Of a stretch of 64,000 nucleotides of DNA, positions 28,377 through 37,662 are shown one piece after another. Both the position numbers and the translations under genes were made by a program. The stretch covers positions 12,138 to 76,137 of the forward strand of contig JBJEZZ010000002.1 of NCBI GenBank assembly GCA_051887655.1, read 5' to 3'. Under the pieces are notes generated by a model that saw only the letters and a program-made list of their open reading frames with translations, was not told where the DNA came from and searched no databases. Every line of letters starts with the position of its first letter. Position 1 is the first letter of the stretch. Source of the DNA: Candidatus Methanomethylophilaceae archaeon (GTDB taxonomy: Archaea > Thermoplasmatota > Thermoplasmata > Methanomassiliicoccales > Methanomethylophilaceae).

Positions 28377-29563
28377 GCCCTGCATTCCGCGACGGCGCGC
28401 GGGATGGCATCCAGGAGGGCGTCGACCTCCCCGTCCGTGGTGAGCGAGGAAATGGTCACCCTCAGGGAGGACAGTGCCTGTTCCGCGTTCAGCCCTATCG
28501 CGGTCAGGACATGAGACGGACCCGCCTCGCCGGCGGAACATGCCGACGCGGTAGAGGTGGCGAATCCCATCCTGTTCAGCTTGAGGACGAGGTCGGTACC
28601 TTTCACGCCGTCGAACCTGAAATGGGCGTTGTTGCACAGACGGTCCGTCCTGGGGCCGTTGAGATGCGCACCCGGCACGTCGCATACGGAATCGATTATC
28701 CTGTCCCTCATGACGGCCATGCGTTCCACGTCCCCGGCCATGTCGGAGAACGCCATCTCCGCGGCCTTCCCCAACCCCACTATGCCGGGCACGTTCTCGG
28801 TGGAGGAACGGAGTCCCCTCTCCTGCCCTCCTCCGAGGATGATGGGAGACAGCTCCACGCCCGACCTGACGTAGATCGCTCCGATACCCTTCGGAGCATG
28901 TATCTTGTGTCCCGACAGGGACAGCATGTCTATGCCGTCGCGCCTGACGTCGATGTCCATCTTCGTGTAGCCCTGCACGGCATCCGTATGGAACAGCGCC
29001 CCGCGGTCATGGGCGATCCCGGAGATCCTGCGGAGATCCTGCTGCGTTCCGATGACGTTGTTCGCGGCCATGACGGACACGAGTGCGACGTCGTCGCCCA
29101 TGGCGTCCTCCAAGGCGGACATGTCTACGAACCCCTCACTGTCCACGGGCACCACGGTGGTCCTGAATCCGCGGCGGCGGGCCTCGGCGCACGTCTCCAG
29201 GATGGCGGAATGCTCTATCGCGGTCGTGACCAGCCTGTCCCTGCCTCCGTGACGGAGCACCCCCAGCAGCGCCAGGTTGTCCGATTCCGTACCTCCGGAC
29301 GTGAACGTTATCTCGGAAGGGTAGCAGCCAAGGGTCTTGGACACCCTCTCCCTCGCCGTGCGCATCGCGGCGGCGGCGGAGAAACCGAGATCGTGGACGC
29401 TGCTCGGATTCCCGTAGCTCTCGCAGTAATAGGGACGCATCTCCTCGAATACCTCGGGAAGGACCTTGGTGGTGGCCGCATTGTCGAAGTACATGACCCT
29501 TGGACACATGCCTCCCGCATCGTACTGGATGTTGATAAATCCGACCGTTTGGTCTGCGGACAT
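28370..29563 (-). CDS. iscS: cysteine desulfurase (NifS/IscS class V aminotransferase)
   Basis: SGHKIHAPKGIGA PLP-lysine motif and SACSAGE active-site cysteine loop. Converges on copA with a 7-nt overlap. Confidence 0.93.
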   Translation of the reverse strand: MSADQTVGFINIQYDAGGMCPRVMYFDNAATTKVLPEVFEEMRPYYCESYGNPSSVHDLGFSAAAAMRTARERVSKTLGCYPSEITFTSGGTESDNLALLGVLRHGGRDRLVTTAIEHSAILETCAEARRRGFRTTVVPVDSEGFVDMSALEDAMGDDVALVSVMAANNVIGTQQDLRRISGIAHDRGALFHTDAVQGYTKMDIDVRRDGIDMLSLSGHKIHAPKGIGAIYVRSGVELSPIILGGGQERGLRSSTENVPGIVGLGKAAEMAFSDMAGDVERMAVMRDRIIDSVCDVPGAHLNGPRTDRLCNNAHFRFDGVKGTDLVLKLNRMGFATSTASACSAGEAGPSHVLTAIGLNAEQALSSLRVTISSLTTDGEVDALLDAIPRAVAECRAQ

Positions 29564-29588
29564 TACCCAGCAGGCTGGTATGGGCCGA

Positions 29589-29607
29589 TTCTACGAAATT
29601 CGTAGAA
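29589..29607. promoter_or_regulatory. perfect 9-1-9 palindrome TTCTACGAA-a-TTCGTAGAA flanked by direct ATGGGCCG repeats
   Basis: Seen directly. Starts 26 nt upstream of the cysteine desulfurase ATG (29563), in the 169-nt divergent intergenic region. Confidence 0.5.
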
Positions 29608-29732
29608 ATGGGCCGTTTGGGATGTGTGGCACTACTTCCCCGATGGGATGGGTTAATATACCCCTACCTTAATTCTGCGGACATTAGGCGGACGGGAGTA
29701 TCGCCCGTTCCGGACAATCTGAGGTATTACCC

Positions 29733-31502
29733 ATGGCAAAGACGATTACACTGCCCGAGAAGCCCAAGACCATCAGGCTTCCCAGAATCACGAGAGAACT
29801 GGTCCAGTGTCAGATGTGCGGATATTGTATCGACGTCTGCGAGGCCCACAGACAGAGCCCCTGGGAGTCCGTCACCCCCAGAGGAAAGATCTACTACCTG
29901 AACCAGCTCGACAAGGCCGGAACCGGTCTCATGGACAAGATCATCGGAAGGAAGGCGACCATCTCCCCCGAGTTCGTCGACGCGATGTACAAGTGCACCG
30001 GATGCGGAAACTGCGAGGAGGTCTGCCACGCGAAGATCGAGCTCGTCAAGCTCTGGGAGATCGTCAGGGCATGGCTCGTCCAGGAGGGCGTCGCACCCCT
30101 CCCCGTCCACAAGGGTATCGCCAAGAAGATTGCGGCCACCGGCAACTCGTTCGGCGAGCCCGCATCCAAGAGGGATGCGTGGTGGCCCAAGGAGGTCCCC
30201 AGGACCGAGGTCCCCGAGGCCATCCTCTACGCGGGATGCACCGGATCCTACAGGATGCAGCACATCCCCGCCGCCGGAGCGGTCATCCTCGACCGTGCGG
30301 GCGTCAAGATCAACTGCCTCGGAAGCGACGAGGTCTGCTGTTCCTCGCCCCTCCTCAGGGTCGGGATCAAGGACCAGACCCTTGGCCTCGCGATGAAGAC
30401 CGTCACCAAGGCCGACGGAATCGGTGCGAACGACATGATCATGACCTGTTCCGGATGCTACAAGACGATCTCCAGCAACATCGGGGACTACTACTCCAAG
30501 ACCGGACAGAACGTCTACCACTTCACACAGTACGTCGACAAGCTCATCAGGGAGAAGAAGCTCCCCCTGAACAACGAGTTCAAGGCCAGGGTCACCTACC
30601 ACGACCCCTGCCACCTCGGAAGGCACTCCAAGGTCTACGAGGAGCCCCGTAACATCCTGAAGAAGATCAAAGGGATCGACTTCGTCGAGATGGAGAAGAA
30701 CAGGGACCACTCCAGGTGTTGCGGTGCGGGAGGAGGTTACAAGTCCGCATTCAACGACTTCGCGGTCAACATCGCGGCTGAGAGGATCCACGATGCCGAG
30801 GCCGTCGGCGCAGAGGTCATCGCGACCGCCTGCCCGTTCTGCGTCCTCAACCTGAAGGCCGGAGCCAAGAAGGCAGGGTCCAACATCAAGGTCATGGACA
30901 TCTCCGAGATCCTCCTGCAGGTCACCGCACCCAAGGTGGCAGAGCCCGAGCCCGAACCCGTGAAGGTCGAGGAGGCCGCACCCGCCGTCGACCCCAAGGA
31001 GCTCGAGGAAGCGAAAGCGGCCGCCGAGGCAGCGAAGAAGGAGATCGAGGCCATAAAGGCAGAGGCAGAAGCGGCGAAGAAGGAAGCGGAGGAGGCCAAG
31101 AAGGCCGCCGCCGAGGCGGAGGCTGCAGCCGAGGCCGCAAAGAGGGAGAACGAGGAGTTCTTCAACGACCCCGAGGACCTCGCGATCGAGATCGACGAGG
31201 ACGAGTTCAACTGGGACCTCACCCCCGAGGGAGTCCTGAGGAGAGCGGCTTGGAACAAGAAGCTCAGGTGCAGGAGGGAGTACGGAGAGTACAAGATCCC
31301 CGTCGCATTCGTCAAGGGTAAGGTCGCGGTCTACGTTGACATCGACGCATCCGAAGTGAAGCCCAAGCTCGAGAACGAGGGCTGGATCGTCCTGTGCTAC
31401 AACGGACTCGACATCACCGACGGAGACGCACAGGCCGCGGAGATCCGTGACGCCGTCAAGGCCCAGATCCGCAAGATGAAGAAGGGAAAGAAGAAGAAGT
31501 GA
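29733..31502 (+). CDS. HdrD/GlpC-like Fe-S plus 2x CCG-domain oxidoreductase with about 190-aa C-terminal extension
   Basis: CQMCGYCIDVC and CTGCGNCEEVC ferredoxin motifs. CCG motifs (AGCTGSY..CCSSP, HDPCHLGRH..RCCGAGGG..CPFC). Then an AEK-rich linker and an extra domain ending KMKKGKKKK. GAGGT SD 8 nt upstream. Confidence 0.8.
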   Translation: MAKTITLPEKPKTIRLPRITRELVQCQMCGYCIDVCEAHRQSPWESVTPRGKIYYLNQLDKAGTGLMDKIIGRKATISPEFVDAMYKCTGCGNCEEVCHAKIELVKLWEIVRAWLVQEGVAPLPVHKGIAKKIAATGNSFGEPASKRDAWWPKEVPRTEVPEAILYAGCTGSYRMQHIPAAGAVILDRAGVKINCLGSDEVCCSSPLLRVGIKDQTLGLAMKTVTKADGIGANDMIMTCSGCYKTISSNIGDYYSKTGQNVYHFTQYVDKLIREKKLPLNNEFKARVTYHDPCHLGRHSKVYEEPRNILKKIKGIDFVEMEKNRDHSRCCGAGGGYKSAFNDFAVNIAAERIHDAEAVGAEVIATACPFCVLNLKAGAKKAGSNIKVMDISEILLQVTAPKVAEPEPEPVKVEEAAPAVDPKELEEAKAAAEAAKKEIEAIKAEAEAAKKEAEEAKKAAAEAEAAAEAAKRENEEFFNDPEDLAIEIDEDEFNWDLTPEGVLRRAAWNKKLRCRREYGEYKIPVAFVKGKVAVYVDIDASEVKPKLENEGWIVLCYNGLDITDGDAQAAEIRDAVKAQIRKMKKGKKKK

Positions 31503-31520
31503 TTCTTCTATGAAACCATA

Positions 31521-31548
31521 CCGGGCTTCGGCCCGGGATCCTTTTTTT
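31521..31548 (+). terminator. hairpin CCGGGC-ttcg-GCCCGG followed by T7 run
   Basis: Starts 19 nt after the stop of the HdrD-like gene; an oligo-T tract is the usual archaeal termination signal. Confidence 0.55.
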
Positions 31549-31553
31549 AACCC

Positions 31554-34301
31554 ATGAGCTTCGATTACCTGTCCCCCGAGATGAACGCGGTTCTCGCGAA
31601 GAGGGGGATGACGGAACCCACCCCTCCCCAAAGGGACGCGGGTCCGAAGATACAGTCCGCCAGGAACGTCCTCCTCGTGGCGCCCACCGGGATTGGGAAG
31701 ACGGAGGCGGCGATACTTCCGATATTCGATGCCATCCGCAAATCCGGCAAGAGGCCCGGAATAAGGTGCGTCTACATCACACCGCTCAGGGCCCTCAACA
31801 GGGACATGATGAAGAGGATGAAGGACCTGGGGTCCGAACTCGGCATCAGCGTCGACGTCAGACACGGAGACACGTCCTCATACGATAGACAGAGGCAGTC
31901 CGCGAATCCGCCGGAGGTGCTGATCACAACCCCGGAGACCCTGCAGGTCATGTTCACTGGCAAGAGACTGGTGGATCACCTGAAGAACGTTAGATGCGTT
32001 ATCATAGACGAGATCCACGAACTGGTCGACAACGAGAGGGGTGCGCAGATGAGCGTCGCCCTGGAGAGGCTCGCCGCGATCGCCGGGGAGTTCCAGAGGA
32101 TCGGACTGTCCGCGACCGTCGGGAACGAGAAAGAGGTCGCCAGGTTCCTCGTCGGAGTGAAGAGGGACGTGACCGTCTGCAAGCACGACACGTTCAGGGA
32201 CATGGACATCTCGGTCGAATGCCCCGAATCCCCCGCGGACCACACCCTCGTGGACAAACTCCAGGGGGATCAGGACGCCGTCTCGATAATGAAGAGGGCG
32301 AGGGAGCTCATCGAGAACGGTCGCTCCACACTGTTCTTCGTCAACACCAGGGAGGCGGCCGAGTGGCTGACCTCCAGGTACAAGCATTGGGACGAGAACT
32401 TCCCGATAGACGTCCACCACGGATCGCTCTCCAAGGAGATCAGGATGGAGACGGAGGACAAATTCAAGAACGGCGAACTGAAGGCCCTGATATGCACATC
32501 CTCGCTGGAATTGGGTATCGACGTGGGTTCGACCGACCTCGTCATACAGTACAACTCCCCCAGGGACGTGGCCAGGATGATACAGAGGGCGGGACGCGCG
32601 GGCCACAGGATGGGCGAGAGGATCGTGGCCAAGATCCTGTCCGCGGATCCGGACGAGCTGCTCGAGGCGGCCGTCGTCGCGAGGAAGAGCGAGGGCAAGG
32701 AGGTGGAGACCGGACTGGGAAGGCCGTCCCCGCTGACCGTGGTGGCGAACCAGCTCATAGCGATGACCATGAACGGGAAGGTGACCCGCGACGAGGCATA
32801 CGCCCTGTTCCGCAGGTCGTACGTGTTCAGGGACCTGGAGCGCTCGGATTTCGACGACACCCTCGAACAGCTGAAATCCATCAGGATGATATTCGAGGAC
32901 GAGGACGGGTTCAAACGTTCCAAGAAGGGGATGGAGTACTTCTACAACAACATCTCGATGATCCCCGACGAGAAGAGCTACTACATCAGGGACATCTCCA
33001 CGAGGGCGATAATCGGTTCGCTGGACGAGAGCTTCGTGGCCACGTTCCAGAACGAATACAACATATTCGTGGCGAAGGGACGCACCTGGAGGGTCGTCGA
33101 GCAGAGGGAGGACGAGATCCTCGTGGAGGAGGCCAGGGACATGGGCGCCGTACCGTCATGGACCGGATCGGACATCCCCGTACCGTTCTCCGTCGCACAG
33201 GAGGTCGGAAGGCTGCGCGAGAGGAGGGATTACACCCCGTACAAGTGCAACCCCGAATCGGTGAGGAGGATAGAGGCGCAGCTGAACGAACAGAGCACCA
33301 GATGGGCGATGCCGACGGACAGGCGCATCACCATCGAGACCGGGGACCAGCTCGCCATAATCAACGCGTGCTTCGGTACGCGCGTCAACGAGACCCTCAG
33401 CAAGATCGTGACCGCGCTCCTGGTGTCCAGGATCCAGGAGAGCATCGCCGTCACCACCGACCCGTACCGCATCATCATGAACCTGCCCCGCAACATCAGC
33501 ACCACCGTCATCAGGGAGACGCTGATGCTCCTGCGCCCGGGTACGGTCAGGGACCTCGTGAAGCGTACGCTGGTGAACTCCACCTTCCTGCGCTGGAGGT
33601 TCGCGTACGTGGCGAAGAAGTTCGGTATCATCGAGAAGGGTGCCGACCACCGTTTCATCAACTTCAACAAACTGTTCGATCTGCACAAGGACACCGCCGC
33701 GTACAGGGAGGCGGTCGACAAGGTCCTGTGGGAGGACCTCGATGTGGAGAACACCGAGAGGGTCGTATCCATGATCGCGTCCGGGGAGATCGAGATTGTG
33801 GAACAATCCCTGTCGCCGATCGGTCTGTGGGGTGTCACGCGCACGAAGGAGCTTATGCAGCCGCTGCGCGCGGACCACATGATCCTGATGGCCCTGAAGA
33901 AGAGGCTGGAGGACGAGACGCTGTTCGCATCCTGTCTGTTCTGCCAGAACCAATGGCGCATCAGGGTCGGGAACGCGCCGAAACGCATAGTGTGTCACAG
34001 ATGCAACGGGATCATGGTCGCATTGCTGAAGAGATACGACATGGACAAGATCAAACTGTTCTCCAAGGACCCGGACCAGTTGGACGCGCAGGAGAGGAAG
34101 GACGTCGCCAGGATACGCCGCATCGCCAACCTCGTGAACGAGGGCGGGAAGAGGGCAGCGATGACGCTTGCCGGCAGGGGTGTGGGCCCGGATGCCGCAT
34201 CGCGCATACTGGGGAAGTCGCACACGGACGATGATGATTTCCTGAGGGACATCCTGGCCGCGGAAGTGCTGTTCGCGAAGAACAAGAGATTCTGGGATTA
34301 A
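31554..34301 (+). CDS. lhr: Lhr-core type DEAD/DEAH-box helicase (915 aa)
   Basis: APTGIGKTEAA Walker A, IIDEIHEL DExH, TSSLELGIDVG, QRAGRAGHR motif VI, C-terminal Zn ribbon CLFCQN...CHRCNG. Confidence 0.9.
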   Translation: MSFDYLSPEMNAVLAKRGMTEPTPPQRDAGPKIQSARNVLLVAPTGIGKTEAAILPIFDAIRKSGKRPGIRCVYITPLRALNRDMMKRMKDLGSELGISVDVRHGDTSSYDRQRQSANPPEVLITTPETLQVMFTGKRLVDHLKNVRCVIIDEIHELVDNERGAQMSVALERLAAIAGEFQRIGLSATVGNEKEVARFLVGVKRDVTVCKHDTFRDMDISVECPESPADHTLVDKLQGDQDAVSIMKRARELIENGRSTLFFVNTREAAEWLTSRYKHWDENFPIDVHHGSLSKEIRMETEDKFKNGELKALICTSSLELGIDVGSTDLVIQYNSPRDVARMIQRAGRAGHRMGERIVAKILSADPDELLEAAVVARKSEGKEVETGLGRPSPLTVVANQLIAMTMNGKVTRDEAYALFRRSYVFRDLERSDFDDTLEQLKSIRMIFEDEDGFKRSKKGMEYFYNNISMIPDEKSYYIRDISTRAIIGSLDESFVATFQNEYNIFVAKGRTWRVVEQREDEILVEEARDMGAVPSWTGSDIPVPFSVAQEVGRLRERRDYTPYKCNPESVRRIEAQLNEQSTRWAMPTDRRITIETGDQLAIINACFGTRVNETLSKIVTALLVSRIQESIAVTTDPYRIIMNLPRNISTTVIRETLMLLRPGTVRDLVKRTLVNSTFLRWRFAYVAKKFGIIEKGADHRFINFNKLFDLHKDTAAYREAVDKVLWEDLDVENTERVVSMIASGEIEIVEQSLSPIGLWGVTRTKELMQPLRADHMILMALKKRLEDETLFASCLFCQNQWRIRVGNAPKRIVCHRCNGIMVALLKRYDMDKIKLFSKDPDQLDAQERKDVARIRRIANLVNEGGKRAAMTLAGRGVGPDAASRILGKSHTDDDDFLRDILAAEVLFAKNKRFWD

Positions 34302-34924
34302 TCCGCGCGGACCGTGTTCGTGACGGATGCGACCCCGCCTATGGAGGCGCACACGACATCGCCGTCGCGTATCTCCGATATCCCCTCCGGGGTACCGGTC
34401 GCGATCATGTCGCCTTCGCACAGGGTCATGAACCTCGAGATGTACGATATCAGGAAACCGGGGGTGAAGATCATATCGGACGTGCGTCCCCTCTGCCTCA
34501 CATCCCCGTTGACCGTGAGCGTCAGCTCCAGCGACGAGAGGTCGATGCCGTCGGAAGGGATGTATTCGGATACGGGACCGAACGTGTCCATGCCCTTGGC
34601 GATCGACCACGGGTTCCCGGTGTCGCGTGCGGCGTTCTGCATGTCGCGTGCGGTGACGTCGTTGAACACCGCGATGTGAGAGACATGATCCAAAGCATCC
34701 TCCTCGGACACGTTGCGGCACTCCTTCCCGATGACGAGCGCCAGCTCCACCTCGTGCTGCACGTTGGTGACCCCTTTCGGGATCACGACGTCATCGCCGT
34801 CGCGGATGATGCATGACGGCGGTTTCAGGAAGATGATCGGTTCCTTCGGAAGGACGGCATCCGTCTCGGTGATGTGCGGGCGGTAGTTCCATCCTACGCA
34901 CACGATCTTGGAAGGGGGTGTCAT
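34298..34924 (-). CDS. fumarylacetoacetate hydrolase (FAH) family protein
   Basis: Internal ATG 34924 gives MTPPSKIVCVGWNYRPH...EVELALVIGK...GDMIATGTPEG. ATGA overlap with the rlmE stop. Confidence 0.88.
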   Translation of the reverse strand: MTPPSKIVCVGWNYRPHITETDAVLPKEPIIFLKPPSCIIRDGDDVVIPKGVTNVQHEVELALVIGKECRNVSEEDALDHVSHIAVFNDVTARDMQNAARDTGNPWSIAKGMDTFGPVSEYIPSDGIDLSSLELTLTVNGDVRQRGRTSDMIFTPGFLISYISRFMTLCEGDMIATGTPEGISEIRDGDVVCASIGGVASVTNTVRAD

Positions 34925-35616
34925 GAGAAGTTCCCCTTGACCGTGAACTCCTTCTTCTTCTCCTCGGGCTTGGATACCACGAGAGGCACCTTCTTCTCCC
35001 TGAGGAATCCCTTGCAGATCACGTACACCTCGGACGACGTGGGCCTGGATGCGTCCGGGGAATGGACCTTCACACTCGCGAAACGGCCCTCGAGCTGGGC
35101 CTTCAGGTCGTTGAACATGTCGCCGTAGAAGACCTTCATGACGAGCTTCCCGCCCTTCTTCAGGATACGGTCGCACACGTCCACGGCGTACATGCAGAGG
35201 TTGATGGACCTGGCATGGTCCGTGGAATAGTGGCCGCCGATGTTGGGCGCCATATCGGACAGGATCACGTCCGCCTGGCCCTGGAACATGTCCAGCAGCC
35301 TCTTCATGGTGGCATCGTCGGTGATGTCCCCGACGATGGTCGTTATCCCCGGCATGGGCTTGATCGGACGGAGATCGACACCGATGACGTATCCCTTCTC
35401 CCCGACACGTTCCTGTGCGATCTGGAGCCACCCTCCGGGTGCGGCACCGAGGTCCACGACCCTGTCGCCCTCCTTGAAGATGCCGAAACGGTCGTCGATC
35501 TGCATGATCTTGAATGATGCTCTGGAACGGTAATTCATCTTCTTTGCGAGTTTGTAGTAATACTCGTGATGTCTCTCGTCCAGCCAACGCTCGTGCATGG
35601 ACTCGATTATACCCAT
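34921..35616 (-). CDS. rlmE: 23S rRNA (uridine-2'-O)-methyltransferase RlmE/FtsJ
   Basis: YRSRASFKIMQIDDRF...VVDLGAAPGGWLQ SAM motif, VILSDMAPN. Confidence 0.9.
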   Translation of the reverse strand: MGIIESMHERWLDERHHEYYYKLAKKMNYRSRASFKIMQIDDRFGIFKEGDRVVDLGAAPGGWLQIAQERVGEKGYVIGVDLRPIKPMPGITTIVGDITDDATMKRLLDMFQGQADVILSDMAPNIGGHYSTDHARSINLCMYAVDVCDRILKKGGKLVMKVFYGDMFNDLKAQLEGRFASVKVHSPDASRPTSSEVYVICKGFLREKKVPLVVSKPEEKKKEFTVKGNFS

Positions 35617-35639
35617 TCAGGATATAACCGTTGGTGCGC

Positions 35640-36030
35640 GCGCGTATATCCGCGGGATCGTCGCGGAAAGGGATCCGTCGGATTGAAAGGATTAAATACA
35701 TCGGAACATGTAGTTCGTATTGCTCAACCAAGATCGATCCACATCCGTGAATTGATGCCGGTAACTCGAAAGAGTGTCTGCATGTAGTTCGTTCCAACTA
35801 ACCATTGGAAAATGAGACATGAGTGCGCGCAGGTGTAATGCCGAGCTCGCCCAGACCCGCGATACGCGAAAGCGTACCGAAACCGTCGATGAATTCGCAT
35901 AACGGTGGAAGGGATTGTCGGTACTTGCCGGCTTAACCTAAACCGTCCGCGATACGTCGATTCGGACCGGAAAGAGTATCCGTGAAAACGGGTAGGTCGA
36001 AAGACCCCTTTGGGCTTAAAAACCCAAAGG
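35640..36030 (+). ncRNA. candidate structured RNA or long structured leader (unclassified)
   Basis: 453-nt gap with no credible ORF. Plus strand carries several GAAA-capped hairpins: 35863-35876 TACGC-GAAA-GCGTA, 35977-35994 (7 bp), 35995-36006, plus an 8-bp hairpin at 36007-36030. Internal direct repeats: CATGTAGTTCGT x2, CCGCGATACG x2. Confidence 0.3.
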
Positions 36031-36069
36031 TAATCTTCTATCACAGCATGACATGGTACGAGGTACCGC

Positions 36070-37662
36070 ATGCGCCCACAATTGATCGTTCTGGCAGCCG
36101 TCGTGTTCGTCGCCGTAGTGACCGTTTCCGTCGCAGGATCCGACGATGCATATTCCGAGACCGTCACCATCGACGGTGTGGAGTTCGTACTCTATGACGA
36201 CCGCACCGCATGCGCCGACTACATAATGGACGCGTACGCCACCCACGTCTCGATCCCCGCGACCGTGGAGGCGGACGGTCAGATATACGAAGTGACCAGA
36301 CTGGGCGAATACCTGACGGCGATGTGCAAATCCCTCGGATCCGTATCGCTGCCGGCCACCGTCAGATACGTGGGTGCGGGATCGCTGTCCTGTGCCGCCA
36401 TAGCGGAGATCGCGGTAGATGCGGGGAACCCGTACCTCTCGTCGCACGACAACATACTGTACGACATATCGGGACAGGAACTGATACGCTACGCCCCCGC
36501 CAAGACCGATACCGAATTCGCAGTCCCGGAGAACGTCATCAACATCGCCGAGGGTGCGTTCCGCAATGCGACGAACCTCGTATCGGTGACGCTCCCCGAC
36601 AGACTGACGATAATACAGTCGGGCACCTTCCAGGGATGCACGTCGCTGGAGAGGGTGGGTTCGTACGGTTCCGGGGAGTATAGTCTCCCAGAATCGCTGA
36701 CGTACATCGACAGCCTGGCGTTCGGAGGGTGCGGATCACTCATACGGATGACACTGAACGACTCGCTGAAGTACATCGGTTCGATGGCCTTCTCCGAATG
36801 TTCATCGCTCACCGCCATGCACATCCCCGGCTCCGTGAACGGGATAGAGTACATGGCGTTCACAGGCTGCACATCGTTGACCGAATTCACGGTGAGCGGA
36901 TTCAACGGCCATTTCACGGTCGAGGACGGCGTACTGTTCGAGACCGGACTGTTCGACAGCAGGAAGATACTGGTCGCGTATCCCGCCTCCAAGGAAGGGG
37001 ACACGTATGTGGTATCATCGGATCTGACATCCGTATCCCCGATGGCGTTCTACGGGACCGTCAATCTGAAGACGGTGATATTCGAGAAGGGCACGGCATC
37101 GATCAACACGATGGCCTTCGCCGAGTGCGGATCCCTGGAGAAGGTAGTCATACCGGACACCGTGCTCCTCATCGACAGCATGGCATTCTACAAATGCACC
37201 TCGCTGCGCACGATAGAGGGGGCGCAGGGCGTGGTGACGATCGGACAGGGTGCGTTCCAGCACACCGCGATCACGGAATACGGGATACCCGATTCCGTGA
37301 GATACGTGATGAGCGAGGCCTTCTTCGGATGCGAGTCGCTCAGAGAGGTCCATATCCCGTCGGGAGTGAGGAGCATCGGAAGCTACGCGTTCCTCGGGGA
37401 CGTCTCGTTGGAGAGGATAGTGTTCGACGGCACGGACACCGCTCTGGAGGAAGGGTCGCTGTCCGTGGGAGTGGGTTCCGTGCAGACTGTCAAAGTTGTG
37501 GCCCCGAGCGGATTCTCCGTACCGGACGATTCGCATGACATGTTCACGGACATAGAATTGGAGATAATCGGCGAGAGGCCGTATCCCTACGAGAACCTGA
37601 TCGGAGTGGCGGTCTGCATCCTGGTCCTCCTCGGGATAGTCAGACTGTTCAGGGAGGTGTGA
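36070..37662 (+). CDS. BspA-type leucine-rich-repeat surface protein (signal peptide, C-terminal TM anchor)
   Basis: About 20 reiterations of the IP.SV..I...AF..C.SL pattern (for example IPDSVRYVMSEAFFGCESLREVHIPSGVRSIGSYAF). Hydrophobic N and C termini. Confidence 0.85.
   Translation: MRPQLIVLAAVVFVAVVTVSVAGSDDAYSETVTIDGVEFVLYDDRTACADYIMDAYATHVSIPATVEADGQIYEVTRLGEYLTAMCKSLGSVSLPATVRYVGAGSLSCAAIAEIAVDAGNPYLSSHDNILYDISGQELIRYAPAKTDTEFAVPENVINIAEGAFRNATNLVSVTLPDRLTIIQSGTFQGCTSLERVGSYGSGEYSLPESLTYIDSLAFGGCGSLIRMTLNDSLKYIGSMAFSECSSLTAMHIPGSVNGIEYMAFTGCTSLTEFTVSGFNGHFTVEDGVLFETGLFDSRKILVAYPASKEGDTYVVSSDLTSVSPMAFYGTVNLKTVIFEKGTASINTMAFAECGSLEKVVIPDTVLLIDSMAFYKCTSLRTIEGAQGVVTIGQGAFQHTAITEYGIPDSVRYVMSEAFFGCESLREVHIPSGVRSIGSYAFLGDVSLERIVFDGTDTALEEGSLSVGVGSVQTVKVVAPSGFSVPDDSHDMFTDIELEIIGERPYPYENLIGVAVCILVLLGIVRLFREV

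Noticed and set aside
20935-29600. Integrated element or genomic island anchored at the tRNA-Asn / tRNA-Met pair (DUF5131 phage-family gene, surface PLD, copper resistance genes nearby).
   Set aside because: I saw no integrase, recombinase or transposase, and I could not find a direct repeat of either tRNA 3' end downstream. Base composition does not visibly differ from the flanks. Comparative synteny would be needed.
30990-31150. Repetitive GAGGC/GCAGA-rich DNA that looks like a tandem repeat array.
   Set aside because: It lies in frame inside the HdrD-like ORF and simply encodes the Ala/Glu/Lys-rich linker. It has no regular repeat-spacer periodicity, so it is not a CRISPR or satellite array.
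35617-36069. Assignment of the structured spacer to RNase P RNA (because of CCGGCTTA at about 35928-35935), SRP RNA, or a group II intron fragment (GTGCG at 35823 plus a GAAA-capped hairpin).
   Set aside because: There is no GGAAAGTCC-type CR-I partner that could pair with GCCGGCTT to form P4, and no ACAGAA. There is no GGAAGG..AGCA helix-8 motif for SRP RNA. The region is too short, and lacks a domain V AGC/bulge architecture, for a group II intron. It is kept only as an unclassified candidate.
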